From the NCBI GenBank assembly GCA_965223345.1, contig CBDCWG010000012.1, forward strand, positions 96,001 through 160,000: a DNA stretch of 64,000 bases. The letters are read 5' to 3'. Below the pieces are notes generated by a model, which saw only the letters and a list, made by a program, of their open reading frames with translations, had not been told where the DNA came from and made no database searches. The stretch comes from Nitrospinales bacterium. Its GTDB lineage: Bacteria; Nitrospinota; Nitrospinia; Nitrospinales; VA-1. The number at the start of each line of letters is the position of its first letter. The stretch's first letter is position 1. Positions 21,431 to 31,724 of this stretch are shown piece by piece. The position numbers and the translations under genes are program-made.

Positions 21431-23761
21431 ATGAGTTACGGGGAATGGGTCATCCGGTACCGGTGGTGGATCATCGCCGGAACCCTCTGCCTGGTGATCG
21501 CCGTCGCCAGCGGCGCGCGTTTTCTGGGGTTCACAACCGATTACCGCGTTTTTTTCAGCAAGGAGAACCCGCAGCTGGAGGCCTTCGAGGCGCTGCAGAA
21601 CACCTACACCAAAGAAGACAACGCCATGATCGCCATCGAGCCGAAAGACGGCCAGGTGTTCACGCGCGAGACGCTGAAGATCGTGGAAGAGGTGACGAAA
21701 CAATCCTGGCAGATCCCCTATTCCATCCGGGTGGATTCGGTCACCAATTTCCAGTACACCTCCGCCGACGGCGACGATTTGGTGGTGCAGGACCTGGTGG
21801 AGAACGCGGAAACCTTCTCCGACGCCGACCTCGAAAGAGTCAAACAGATCGCGCTTGCGGAACCGTTGCTGCGCGACCGGCTCATCAATCCGGACACGAC
21901 GATGACGGCGGTGAACGTCACCATCAACCTGCCGGCGAAATCCATCACGGAAGTGCCGGAGGTGGTGGCCTTCGTGCGTGGCATGGCGGACGACATCCGG
22001 GCGAAGTACCCGGACGTCAACGTCTACCTGACCGGCGTGATGTTCATGAACAACTCATTCAGTGAAGCGGGCCAGGGCGACATGCAGACGCTGATCCCGA
22101 TCATGTACCTTTTGGTGATCGCGATCATGCTGGCGATCCTGCGCTCCGTCACCGCGACGCTCACGACGGTGCTGGTGATCGCGTTTTCGATCATGACGGG
22201 CATGGGTTTCGCGGGCTGGATGGGCATCAAGCTCACGCCGGTTTCCGCCAACGCGCCGACGATCATCCTCACGCTGGCGGTGGCGGACAGCATCCACATC
22301 CTGATCACGCTGCTGCACGAGATGCGGCGGGGAAAATCGAAGCGCGAGGCGATCATCGAAGCCCTGCGCATCAACCATCAACCGGTGTTCATCACCAGCG
22401 TGACCACCGCCATCGGTTTTCTGAGTCTGAACTTCGGCGATTCACCCCCCTTCTGGCACCTGGGCAACACGGTGGCGATGGGCGTGATGGCCGCTTACGT
22501 GTACTCGGTGGGATTTCTTCCGGCCGCTTTGTCGGTTCTTCCTCTAAATGTCAAGGGCAGGAACAAGAACGGCACACAGTGGTTCGACCGGTTCGCTGAT
22601 TTTGTCATTCAGCGCAGAAAAATCCTGCTCTGGAGTACGCTGACTGTCATCATGCTCATCGCCGTCCAGATCCCGCGCATCGAGATCAACGAAAAATTCA
22701 ACCAGTATTTCGACACGCGCTACCAGTTCCGGCTGGACAACGACCATGTGGTGGACAATCTGACTGGCTTCTATTCGATCAATTATTCGCTGGGCGCGGG
22801 TGAGTCGGGCGGCATCAGCAACCCGGAATACCTGGCCAAGGTCGAGGAATTCGCCAACTGGTACCGCAAGCAGCCGGGCGTCACCTACGTGAGCACGCTG
22901 ACCGACACGATGAAGCGGCTGAACAAAAACATGCACAACGACGATCCCGCCTATTACCGGCTGCCGGATTCGCGCGAGCTGTCGGCGCAATACCTGCTGC
23001 TCTACGAGTTGTCGCTGCCGTTCGGGCTGGATCTCAACAACCAGATCAACATCGACAAATCCTCGACCAAGCTGCAGGGAGTGCTGGAAAGCATCTCCAC
23101 GCGCGATGCGCTGGACCTTGAAGACCGGGCGCAGCAATGGCTGAAGGACAACGCGCCGCCGCACATGGCGTCGAACGGCTCCAGCCCGCTCATCATGTTC
23201 TCGCACATCGCCAAGCGCAACCTCGAGAGCATGATGACCGGAACGCTGCTGGCACTGCTGTTGATCTCGGTGATCCTGATCGCGGCGCTCAGAAGCTTCA
23301 AGATCGGTCTGCTCAGCATCGTTCCCAACACGCTGCCGGTGCTCATGACCTTCGGCATCTGGGGCATCCTCTACAAGGAGGTCGGGTTCGCGGTCGCGGT
23401 GGTGGCGCCGGTGGCGCTGGGAATCATCGTCGATGACACGGTGCATTTTCTCAGCAAGTACCTGCGCGCCCGGCGGGAGCAGGGGAAAAGCCCGGAAGAT
23501 GCGGTGCGCTATTCCTTTCACACCGTGGGCACGGCGCTGTGGGTCACGTCGCTGATTCTGACCGCAGGCTTTTTCGTCCTGTCCTATTCGGGATTCACCA
23601 TGACCTCGCACCTGGGCGCGATGACGATGATCGCGATCCTTTCGGCGCTGCTGGCGGACTTTCTGTTTCTGCCGCCGCTGCTGATGGCGATCGCCAAGCG
23701 AAAAACGCCGCAAGCCGGCGCGGTGTTCGGGCAGATGACACCCGAAAAAGCGCAGGAATGA
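21431..23761 (+). CDS. MMPL/RND family transporter
   Basis: Two 1+5 TM halves with periplasmic domains; AVADSIH and GIIVDDTVHF motifs. Confidence 0.92.
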   Translation: MSYGEWVIRYRWWIIAGTLCLVIAVASGARFLGFTTDYRVFFSKENPQLEAFEALQNTYTKEDNAMIAIEPKDGQVFTRETLKIVEEVTKQSWQIPYSIRVDSVTNFQYTSADGDDLVVQDLVENAETFSDADLERVKQIALAEPLLRDRLINPDTTMTAVNVTINLPAKSITEVPEVVAFVRGMADDIRAKYPDVNVYLTGVMFMNNSFSEAGQGDMQTLIPIMYLLVIAIMLAILRSVTATLTTVLVIAFSIMTGMGFAGWMGIKLTPVSANAPTIILTLAVADSIHILITLLHEMRRGKSKREAIIEALRINHQPVFITSVTTAIGFLSLNFGDSPPFWHLGNTVAMGVMAAYVYSVGFLPAALSVLPLNVKGRNKNGTQWFDRFADFVIQRRKILLWSTLTVIMLIAVQIPRIEINEKFNQYFDTRYQFRLDNDHVVDNLTGFYSINYSLGAGESGGISNPEYLAKVEEFANWYRKQPGVTYVSTLTDTMKRLNKNMHNDDPAYYRLPDSRELSAQYLLLYELSLPFGLDLNNQINIDKSSTKLQGVLESISTRDALDLEDRAQQWLKDNAPPHMASNGSSPLIMFSHIAKRNLESMMTGTLLALLLISVILIAALRSFKIGLLSIVPNTLPVLMTFGIWGILYKEVGFAVAVVAPVALGIIVDDTVHFLSKYLRARREQGKSPEDAVRYSFHTVGTALWVTSLILTAGFFVLSYSGFTMTSHLGAMTMIAILSALLADFLFLPPLLMAIAKRKTPQAGAVFGQMTPEKAQE

Positions 23762-23888
23762 AACGGGCTTTTCGCACACGATGAAACACAGCGAAACGCC
23801 ATCGAACTCATAACCCATAGAGGTGCGCGTCCGCATGCGGGACACGCGGGCGCCCTCTTCACAAACGATCACGGCAGGAGAAACGCTC

Positions 23889-24671
23889 ATGGCACGCTTT
23901 TTGATGTTCGTTCTATTCATCACAGGGATCGCGCCCGCCGCGGCGGCGCTGACAGCGGAAGAAAAGGGACTCGCCATCGCCCGCGAGGACGACAAGCGCG
24001 ACAACGGATTCGACGATTTCACCGCGGACATGGTGATGATCCTGAAAAACCGGCACGGCGAGGAAAGCAAGCGCACCATCCGCAGCCGCACGCTGGAAGT
24101 GCCGGGTGACGGAGACAAATCGCTGGTGATCTTCGATAGGCCGCGCGACGTGAAAGGAACGGCGCTGCTGAACTTCAGCCACAAAGAGGGCAACGACGAT
24201 CAATGGCTGTACCTTCCCGCACTGAAACGGGTGAAGCGCATCAGCTCGGCGAACAAATCGGGTTCGTTCATGGGCAGCGAGTTCGCCTACGAGGATGTGA
24301 CCAGTCAGGAAGTGGAAAAGTACGACTACAAATGGATCAAGGACGCGACGCTGGACGGCAGGGAGTGTTTTGTCTTCGAACGCTACCCGACTTACAAAAA
24401 TTCAGGCTACACGCGGCAAGTGGTCTGGCTTGACAAAAAGGGATACCGCATCTATAAGATTGAATACTTTGACCGTAAAAACTCGTTGCTCAAAACTCTC
24501 GTGTACCGGGGTTACAAAAAATATCTGGATCGTTACTGGTACCCCGACGAAATGTTCATGGACAACCACCAGACGGGCAAGAGCACACTGTTGGTATGGT
24601 CGAATTACAAATTCAGGAACGGTTTGGGAGACAAGGATTTCAATAAGAACAGCTTGAAACGCGCGCGTTGA
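23889..24671 (+). CDS. Outer membrane lipoprotein-sorting (LolA-like) protein
   Basis: Signal peptide; DDQWLYLPALKRVKRI and FMGSEFAYED motifs; RBS GGAG. Confidence 0.9.
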   Translation: MARFLMFVLFITGIAPAAAALTAEEKGLAIAREDDKRDNGFDDFTADMVMILKNRHGEESKRTIRSRTLEVPGDGDKSLVIFDRPRDVKGTALLNFSHKEGNDDQWLYLPALKRVKRISSANKSGSFMGSEFAYEDVTSQEVEKYDYKWIKDATLDGRECFVFERYPTYKNSGYTRQVVWLDKKGYRIYKIEYFDRKNSLLKTLVYRGYKKYLDRYWYPDEMFMDNHQTGKSTLLVWSNYKFRNGLGDKDFNKNSLKRAR

Positions 24672-25900
24672 GGTCTATGATCGGCACCGCCTTTCCCGTT
24701 CACGCAATTCGAACACATATATTTTTATTCTGGGCCCTGTGCCTGCTGCTGTTCTCACCCACTGCGAACGCGCAGGAGTTTTCCGGATTCGTCGGCGCCG
24801 AGGCGCGCTTATTCGCCAACAGCCCCATCCACGACGGACAGGTGGAACATTCGGGCTCTCTGGTGGCGCAGCCGGAATTTTATTACGAGTGGGACAGCGG
24901 CAGCAGCTTCACCCTGGTGCCGTTTTACCGGCTGGACAGCGCCGATCCGAAACGCACGCATTTCGATCTGCGCGAACTCACCTACCTGTGGCTGGAAGAC
25001 GAATTCGAGCTCAGGCTGGGTGTCCGCAAAGTCTTCTGGGGAGCGACGGAGATCGTGCACCTGATCGACGTCATCAACCAGACGGACCTGGTGGAGAACA
25101 CCGATACGGAAGACAAACTGGGCCAGCCGATGATCAACCTGTCGCTGGTGCGGGACTGGGGCATGGTGGATCTGTTTCTGCTGCCCTATTTCCGGGAACG
25201 CACGTTTCCCGGCCGGCGCGGGCGCTTGCGCAGCCAATTGGTGGTCGATACGAGCCGGACCGAGTATGAAAGTTCCGCCGAAGAGTGGCACACGGACTGG
25301 GCGGCGCGTTACAGTCACACGCTCGGCGATCTGGATTTCGGCATCTACCATTTCAACGGCACGGGACGGGAACCCACTCTCTTGCTGAGAACGAACGTTC
25401 CGGGCGATCCGGTGCTGGTTCCGCTTTACGAGCAGATCCACCAGACGGGGCTGGACGCGACCTACGTCCTGGGCGAGTGGCTGTGGAAGCTGGAGGCGCT
25501 CTACCGCAACGGCCAGGGCACCCGCAATTTTTTCTCGTGGACGGGGGGATTCGAATACACGTTCACGCGGATCTGGGACACGCCGATGGATCTGGGCGTC
25601 CTTCTGGAGGGGATTTTCGACGAGCGGGGCCGTAACGCCACGACGCCGTTCGAACACGACATCGCCGGCGGCCTGAGGCTCACGTTCAACGATGCGGACA
25701 GCACGGAGCTGCTTTTCGGCTGGGTGCAGGACCTGGAAGACGATGCGCGCTTTTTGTTCCTTGAAACCAGCCGCCGATTCGGCGACCATTGGAAGTTAAC
25801 GGTCGAATTGCGTACTTTTTTCAGCCAGCCTGCGAGCGATGTCCTGTTCGATCAGCGGGACGACGATTTCATGCAGGCGGAGCTGGCTTATTATTTTTGA
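24668..25900 (+). CDS. Outer membrane beta-barrel protein associated with MMPL/LolA-like genes
   Basis: Signal peptide, amphipathic beta strands, C-terminal aromatic YYF; cotranscribed context. Confidence 0.75.
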   Translation: MRSMIGTAFPVHAIRTHIFLFWALCLLLFSPTANAQEFSGFVGAEARLFANSPIHDGQVEHSGSLVAQPEFYYEWDSGSSFTLVPFYRLDSADPKRTHFDLRELTYLWLEDEFELRLGVRKVFWGATEIVHLIDVINQTDLVENTDTEDKLGQPMINLSLVRDWGMVDLFLLPYFRERTFPGRRGRLRSQLVVDTSRTEYESSAEEWHTDWAARYSHTLGDLDFGIYHFNGTGREPTLLLRTNVPGDPVLVPLYEQIHQTGLDATYVLGEWLWKLEALYRNGQGTRNFFSWTGGFEYTFTRIWDTPMDLGVLLEGIFDERGRNATTPFEHDIAGGLRLTFNDADSTELLFGWVQDLEDDARFLFLETSRRFGDHWKLTVELRTFFSQPASDVLFDQRDDDFMQAELAYYF

Positions 25901-27234
25901 TGTTGGAGAACGTTTTCATGAATGGCTTGCGAAGTTTTGTGATCGGCCTGGCGATCCTGGGGACGTTCTCGACGGCGGCGCACGCTGCGGAAAACACGTT
26001 TCACGCGCTGCTTTTGGAAAAGGCCTTCCTCGAAAAACACTACGGGGTGAAAAACCTCGAATGTTTTCCCTTTAAAAAAGACATCGGTTTCACCGAGGAT
26101 CAGAAACCGCTGATCGAAAACTGCCTGTCGGCGGTGAGAACGCTCAAAAAAGCGTATCTGGAAGTGGTCGATCCGGAGTACCGCGTGGTGGGCATCAGCA
26201 CGCGTTTTTTACGGACCGCCGGGTTCTACACGGTGCTGGTGCCGTGGGACGCCTCCAAAGACGAACTGGTCACATTCTTGAACGGGAACCTGCCCAAGAA
26301 AAAACGCAAGGCGTTTCTCGACCGCGTGTACGGGTTGAAGCGGGCCATCGCTGACAAGATCCGCATCCCGCGCCTGTACTGTTCGCAGGAAATATCGAAT
26401 CAGGACTGTCTCACCGGCTACCAGAATCTGGCAAAGGCGGTCGAGGAAAACGCGCCGGAAAAAATCGAATGGCGCGAGATCGCCGTCACCTCTTCGCCGC
26501 TGCCGCACGAAGACCCGCACACGCTGGCGCTGGCGTTCGACCGGCCGCCTGAGGAAATGCGCGCGCTTTTGCAATCGGACGTGCAGTCGCGCTGGGCGAA
26601 ACGCAAAGCGGCGTACGAAAAAATCCAGGAGGATTTCGGCCAGGGATTCCGCGAACGGCTGCAGATGGAAGATTTGCTGTGCGGGCTGGACATCACGATC
26701 GAACAGTGCCGGGAGGGCGCGGCCAACCTGCATGCGGCGAGCAATGAGGACGTGCTGCAGGAGCGGTTCTGGGGCCGGGTGGTGGTGCGCAAGCACAACA
26801 CGTTCATCGAAGACGATTTCAACGTCACCCTGCGCCACGATCTGCCTCCCGAGGAGATCGTCGCGCATTTTTCGCAAAAACCCACGCGCCAGGAAGCCAC
26901 CCGCAACACCATTCAGGCGGAAAAGCTGGAAGGACGCACCAAAAACAATCCCGCCAATCTCCGGGGGATTTGCGATCTCAAAGGCCTGCGCTCGGCGTTG
27001 TGCGTCCGGTCGTTTCAGATGTTCATCGACTTTCTCAAGAAAAACCGGGACTACAAGGTGCGAAAACCCTGGAGCGATCTGATGTTCGTGGACGGCGATC
27101 AACTGTCGCGTGTCAATTTCGCGCTCAATTCCTCGTCGAGGGACACCTACATCTACATCGACGCCAACAGCGATGAGAAGGAATTCGCAGCGTTTCTCAA
27201 CCGCTTCCGCAGCGAGGAAAAGGCCGAAGAATAG
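25900..27234 (+). CDS. Secreted hypothetical protein with four internal Cys-pair repeats
   Basis: Signal peptide ending AHA; four ~90-100 aa units, each starting with C-x(8-19)-C. Start may be 25918. Confidence 0.75.
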   Translation: MLENVFMNGLRSFVIGLAILGTFSTAAHAAENTFHALLLEKAFLEKHYGVKNLECFPFKKDIGFTEDQKPLIENCLSAVRTLKKAYLEVVDPEYRVVGISTRFLRTAGFYTVLVPWDASKDELVTFLNGNLPKKKRKAFLDRVYGLKRAIADKIRIPRLYCSQEISNQDCLTGYQNLAKAVEENAPEKIEWREIAVTSSPLPHEDPHTLALAFDRPPEEMRALLQSDVQSRWAKRKAAYEKIQEDFGQGFRERLQMEDLLCGLDITIEQCREGAANLHAASNEDVLQERFWGRVVVRKHNTFIEDDFNVTLRHDLPPEEIVAHFSQKPTRQEATRNTIQAEKLEGRTKNNPANLRGICDLKGLRSALCVRSFQMFIDFLKKNRDYKVRKPWSDLMFVDGDQLSRVNFALNSSSRDTYIYIDANSDEKEFAAFLNRFRSEEKAEE

Positions 27235-27304
27235 CGCCTACGGCGCCGGAGATCCGCGCACACTTGCCGGCTGCGCGTGAGGACTCTCCACTGGGGGTTG
27301 TTTC

Positions 27305-29344
27305 ATGTCGGATGCGTCGCGCCTGCTTCCCTATCTCACCGCCGCTTTTCTCCTGCTGGACCTCGGTCTCTCGCTCAACGCCCGCATTGGCTACTCCACC
27401 CCCACCGAACGCTGGCAACCTGCGCCCGAACGCTACGCGGACCTCACCTGGCCTCCGGGTGCGGACCTTGCGGAGGACATCCCTCTGGGCGAGCGGGTGT
27501 ACGCCCGGCACTGCGCGGTGTGCCACGGCCCCGACGGCAGGGGCAACGGACCCGCCGCCCCCTCGATGATCCCGCGGCCGCGCGACTTCACGCTCGGCCA
27601 GTTCAAGTACAAATCGACGCCGCCCGGACAACCCCCGAGCGACCTGGATCTCATCGCGGTGGTGTCGAAGGGCCTGCCTGCGAGCGCCATGCCCTACTGG
27701 GAGGACGTGCTGAGCAAACGGGAAATCCTTTCGGTGGTGGAATTCATCAAAACATTATCGCCTGTGTTTCGCGATGCGGCCGCAGAACCGGTCCCGATAG
27801 CCGAAAGACCCGCGTTTTCCGAGGAAAGCGCGGAAGCGGGACGGCGGCTGTACGCCAGCCAGGGCTGCGAGGCCTGCCACGGCATGGACGCGCGCGGCGG
27901 GCTCAAGCAGCGGGACGCCAAGGGCGATCCGGTGATTTCCCGGGACCTGACGGCTCCCTGGACGTTCCGCGGCGGCAGCGAACCGGAACAGATCTGGCTG
28001 CGCCTGACGACGGGACTCGCGCCGGGGCCGATGCCTTCGTTCGCCGCGCCGTTGACCGGCAAACAGCGCTGGCACCTGGTGCATTTTCTGCTGACGATCC
28101 AGCGCGTGCCGCCGTGGATGCCGGGCGGCAAGCTCGCGGGTCCGGGCCAGCACGCCGATCCGGTGCGGCGCGGTGAATACCTGGTGCATGCGGAGATGTG
28201 CGGACTGTGCCACACGCAGATCAACCGCACCGGAATCTACCGCGGCGACGACCGCTATCTTGCGGGCGGCATGCGGGTGGGGGCCTACCCGTACGGCGTG
28301 TTCGTCTCGCGCAACCTGACCCCGGATGCGCAAACGGGCCTGGGGCGGCTGAGCGCCGAACAGATCGCCCGCGCCATTCGCACAGGAAGGCGGCCAGGAA
28401 GGCTGCTCAATCTGCTGGGCATGCCGTGGATGTTTCTGCACGGGTTGACGGATGCGGACGCCGTCGCCATCGGCTCGTATCTCAAGACGCTGCCCGCGGT
28501 GGCAAACCCGATCCCGCCGCCTCTGCATTACGGGATCGTCGAGACCACGGTGGTCAAGCTGTATCAGACGCTGACGCACGGCGGCGTGCGGGCGCTGTCC
28601 TACGCCGACGGCAATTACGGCGGCGCGCGGTCGCGTTTTTTTCCGCCGCACCGGATTCAGCAGGTGTTGTTTTTTCTGGAAGTGACGGCTCTGATCGCGC
28701 TTTGCGTTCTTGTTCTGCGCGCGGGATACCAAAAGGCAAAAAGCCGCGGCCGGCCGCACAGGGCGATGCGCACATTCAAAAAAGCCTTGGGCACCGCGGC
28801 GGCGCTGGGCGTGCTGTGGCTCTGGTACCACTACCCGGCGCTGTCTCTGATTCCGCCGGAGGAAATCGCCAAATCCACGGTGGGCGCGGTGCCCGCTGTG
28901 AACGCGGACTCGCGGGACACGCCGGAATTGAAAGCGATGGCGGAACGCGGCAAATACGTCTACACCGTCGCCTCGTGCGCGTTCTGCCACGGGCCCAGGG
29001 GATCGGGCGGTTCCAAGGTCAGTTGGGATGTGTTCGGCACGCTGTTCGTTCCCAACATCACGCAGGATGTGGAAACGGGAATCGGCGCGTGGAGCGACGC
29101 GGAGATCCAGCGCGCCGTGCGCAGCGGCGTGTCGCGATCGGGGAGGCCGCTGCACTGGCAGGGCATGATCTGGGACCATGCGGGCAACTGGGACGAGGAG
29201 GACATCCGTTCCCTCATCGTCTATCTGAAAACGCTGCCCGCGGTGAAAAAAACCATTCCGGCTCCGCATCCGCCTTCAGAGGCGGACTGTGCGGTGTACA
29301 CGTTCATTCTGGATGCGAATGCGGAGCCGGGTTGCGATTATTGA
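27305..29344 (+). CDS. Membrane-anchored tetraheme cytochrome c
   Basis: Four CxxCH motifs (CAVCH, CEACH, CGLCH, CAFCH); two hydrophobic segments before the last heme domain. Confidence 0.9.
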   Translation: MSDASRLLPYLTAAFLLLDLGLSLNARIGYSTPTERWQPAPERYADLTWPPGADLAEDIPLGERVYARHCAVCHGPDGRGNGPAAPSMIPRPRDFTLGQFKYKSTPPGQPPSDLDLIAVVSKGLPASAMPYWEDVLSKREILSVVEFIKTLSPVFRDAAAEPVPIAERPAFSEESAEAGRRLYASQGCEACHGMDARGGLKQRDAKGDPVISRDLTAPWTFRGGSEPEQIWLRLTTGLAPGPMPSFAAPLTGKQRWHLVHFLLTIQRVPPWMPGGKLAGPGQHADPVRRGEYLVHAEMCGLCHTQINRTGIYRGDDRYLAGGMRVGAYPYGVFVSRNLTPDAQTGLGRLSAEQIARAIRTGRRPGRLLNLLGMPWMFLHGLTDADAVAIGSYLKTLPAVANPIPPPLHYGIVETTVVKLYQTLTHGGVRALSYADGNYGGARSRFFPPHRIQQVLFFLEVTALIALCVLVLRAGYQKAKSRGRPHRAMRTFKKALGTAAALGVLWLWYHYPALSLIPPEEIAKSTVGAVPAVNADSRDTPELKAMAERGKYVYTVASCAFCHGPRGSGGSKVSWDVFGTLFVPNITQDVETGIGAWSDAEIQRAVRSGVSRSGRPLHWQGMIWDHAGNWDEEDIRSLIVYLKTLPAVKKTIPAPHPPSEADCAVYTFILDANAEPGCDY

Positions 29345-29356
29345 AAGGCGAAGCTC

Positions 29357-30226
29357 ATGGCAAGCTTGAAGCTCAAACTCGATGACAATGTGGACGGCGC
29401 TTTTTTCGTCGATTCGACGTGCATCGATTGCGACGCCTGCCGGAAATTTGCGCCCGGGGTGTTCGGGGAAACCGGCGAGCATTCTTACGTGCAAAAGCAG
29501 CCGCAGACCCCGCAGGAGCGGCTCGCCGCCCAGCAGGCGCTGCTGGCCTGCCCGGTGGGCTCGATCGGCACAGAGGACAAGATGGATCTGAAGCCGGCGC
29601 GCGATTCGCTCCCGCTTGAGATCACCGGCGGCATCCACATCAACGGCTTCAACCACGCCGATTCGTTCGGTGCGGACAGTTATTTCATCCGCTCGGAAGA
29701 AGGCAACTGGCTGGTGGATTCGCCGCGCTTCACGCCGCATCTGAAGCGGCAGTTCGAGGCGTGGGGCGGCGTCCGCACGATCTTTCTGACGCACCGGGAC
29801 GATGTGGCCGACGCGCATCTCTACGCCGAACATTTCGGGGCAAAACGCATCATCCACCGTCACGATGCGGACGCGCAGCCGGATGCGGAGATCGTTCTGG
29901 ATAACGCGGAACCGTTCATCCGCGACAAAGCGCAGATCCTGTTCACGCCGGGACACACGCGCGGGCATCTGGTGCTGTTGTGGGACGAACGCTACCTGTT
30001 CACCGGCGATCACTTCGCCTGGCTGGCCGGTAAAAACCGCTTCGGTTCCTTCCGCGGTGCCTGCTGGTATTCCTGGGATGAGCAGATCGAGTCGGTGGAA
30101 AAGATGCAGGCGTTCAAAAACGTGGAATGGATTCTTCCGGGACACGGGAAGCGGAAACAGATCGAGCGCGGCAGCTTTCCCGAGATCGTCGAGGAGGCGG
30201 TGCGGTGGATGAAGAGCGTGGCCTGA
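29357..30226 (+). CDS. Ferredoxin-fused metallo-beta-lactamase fold hydrolase
   Basis: CIDCDAC...CP ferredoxin motif; THRDDVAD, PGHTRGH, FTGDH, LPGHG. Confidence 0.9.
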   Translation: MASLKLKLDDNVDGAFFVDSTCIDCDACRKFAPGVFGETGEHSYVQKQPQTPQERLAAQQALLACPVGSIGTEDKMDLKPARDSLPLEITGGIHINGFNHADSFGADSYFIRSEEGNWLVDSPRFTPHLKRQFEAWGGVRTIFLTHRDDVADAHLYAEHFGAKRIIHRHDADAQPDAEIVLDNAEPFIRDKAQILFTPGHTRGHLVLLWDERYLFTGDHFAWLAGKNRFGSFRGACWYSWDEQIESVEKMQAFKNVEWILPGHGKRKQIERGSFPEIVEEAVRWMKSVA

Positions 30227-30235
30227 CCGGGATGA

Positions 30236-30700
30236 TCAGTCGGACAGCTTCACGCGGCTTTCGCGGATTTCCTGCGGCAGCAGGTGGTGGCGGGTGTCGT
30301 AGTTCACGTTGGTGAGCACGAACTGGCGCGCGGTCTGGCTCTGCAGGTTGATCACCAGCGGGGCGACCAGGTTGGCGGTCATTTCCACGTAGTTTTCGGG
30401 GATGGTGACGATCACGCGGGTCTGCAGGGAATGACCGGGACGGTACCGGATGGTTTTCTTTTCTTCTTCCGTCAATTTGACCACGTAATCGGGCACGTAC
30501 AGAAACGGGTCGGTGATCACAAACGCCAGTCCCGGTGTGACGAGGGACTGCATCCACTCAATCGGACTGTCTATGTTGGGATCGAAGGGGAGGAAGGTGA
30601 ATTTTTTTTCTCTTTCAAAGCCGTACAACCCGGTGGGGAAATCGATGATGTCGGTTGCTTCCAGCTCCAGGGGGCCAAACCGTGTGGTTTCGTATTTCAT
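30236..30700 (-). CDS. fliW: Flagellar assembly factor / CsrA antagonist FliW
   Basis: TTRFG, FPxGLxGFE, WMQS, TANLVAPLVIN; adjacent to csrA. Confidence 0.93.
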   Translation of the reverse strand: MKYETTRFGPLELEATDIIDFPTGLYGFEREKKFTFLPFDPNIDSPIEWMQSLVTPGLAFVITDPFLYVPDYVVKLTEEEKKTIRYRPGHSLQTRVIVTIPENYVEMTANLVAPLVINLQSQTARQFVLTNVNYDTRHHLLPQEIRESRVKLSD

Positions 30701-30936
30701 GTATCCAGATTATTCTTGACCAGTTGAGAGATCTGCCCCGGATCGAATTCCATGGGCGCTGCGGCGGAACGGTTTTCCTGCTTGATCCTTAAGAACACTT
30801 CTTCGCGGTAAATCTTCGTCTCCCGGGGGGCCTCAATCCCCAATCGGATGTTTTTCCCTTTTACATCTATAACGGTTATTTTCACTTCTTCATTAATCTT
30901 AATGCTTTCTCCGATTTTCCGAGTGAGGACGAGCAT
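30697..30936 (-). CDS. csrA: Carbon storage regulator CsrA
   Basis: MLVLTRKIGESIKI...RLGIEAPRETKIYREE. Confidence 0.97.
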   Translation of the reverse strand: MLVLTRKIGESIKINEEVKITVIDVKGKNIRLGIEAPRETKIYREEVFLRIKQENRSAAAPMEFDPGQISQLVKNNLDT

Positions 30937-31047
30937 GGGCGGATTCCATTCCTTTTTTGGGGTCGGCTTGGCTTTCGGGGGGATTATAGCAGATTCGTTT
31001 GGCTATATTTGATAATTTCTCGGCGGGCGGCGGGCCGGGGGATATAA

Positions 31048-31076
31048 TTGACAGCCGTGGGGGTTTGTGTTAATTT
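31048..31076 (+). promoter_or_regulatory. Sigma-70 promoter of tRNA-Phe
   Basis: TTGACA-N17-TAATTT about 40 bp upstream of the tRNA. Confidence 0.7.
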
Positions 31077-31116
31077 TCGCACTTCCTTTCTGGAACCCCG
31101 ATCCTTTTGAAAACAG

Positions 31117-31192
<76 letters not shown>

Positions 31193-31724
31193 CTCCTCCG
31201 CGCAAGGCGAATTTCCCGTTCCGCTGCCCGGCGATCCTCCGGTTTCTGCGCGTATTCGCTGCAGTTCAGAGCGGCCCCGTTCCGCCCTGCCCCTCCCCTC
31301 TATTTTTCTCGATCGCTCCTTTTTCCCGTCAAGGTTATCACGCGCAGGCCTAAAGACGACGACGCCTGAAAAAAGTCCGTTCTTTCATGGCTTTTCGTTG
31401 CGGGTCTGCGATCATCACCCTTAAGATGCACCCAAGTTTGCGGACCTGCGGGGCGCGCTCCCGGCGGCCGCGAAAAATCATGCCTTTTTTCAACGCGCTG
31501 GATTCGGCGCGGTGACCGCATTATCAAGGCCTTTGCGGCTTCCTGCATGGACAAATGTTTCCGGAAGGGATATAGTTTTTATTATCTATATCATTGTCGG
31601 TAAAATGAAGCATCCTGATTGAGAGTCCCCCTGCGTTTTGTTCGCCATTCCGTTGCTAGGGAATGGATGAGAAAAATCGGAACGGGAGAGTGCGCTTTCC
31701 CACTTAATCTGAGGAACGGGCAAC

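Noticed and set aside
10850..30936. yajQ, HD-GYP regulator and csrA-fliW as parts of the amyloid system
   Set aside because: Biofilm-related in other bacteria, but separated by unrelated genes and lacking the RpoN box and palindrome, so proximity is not evidence.
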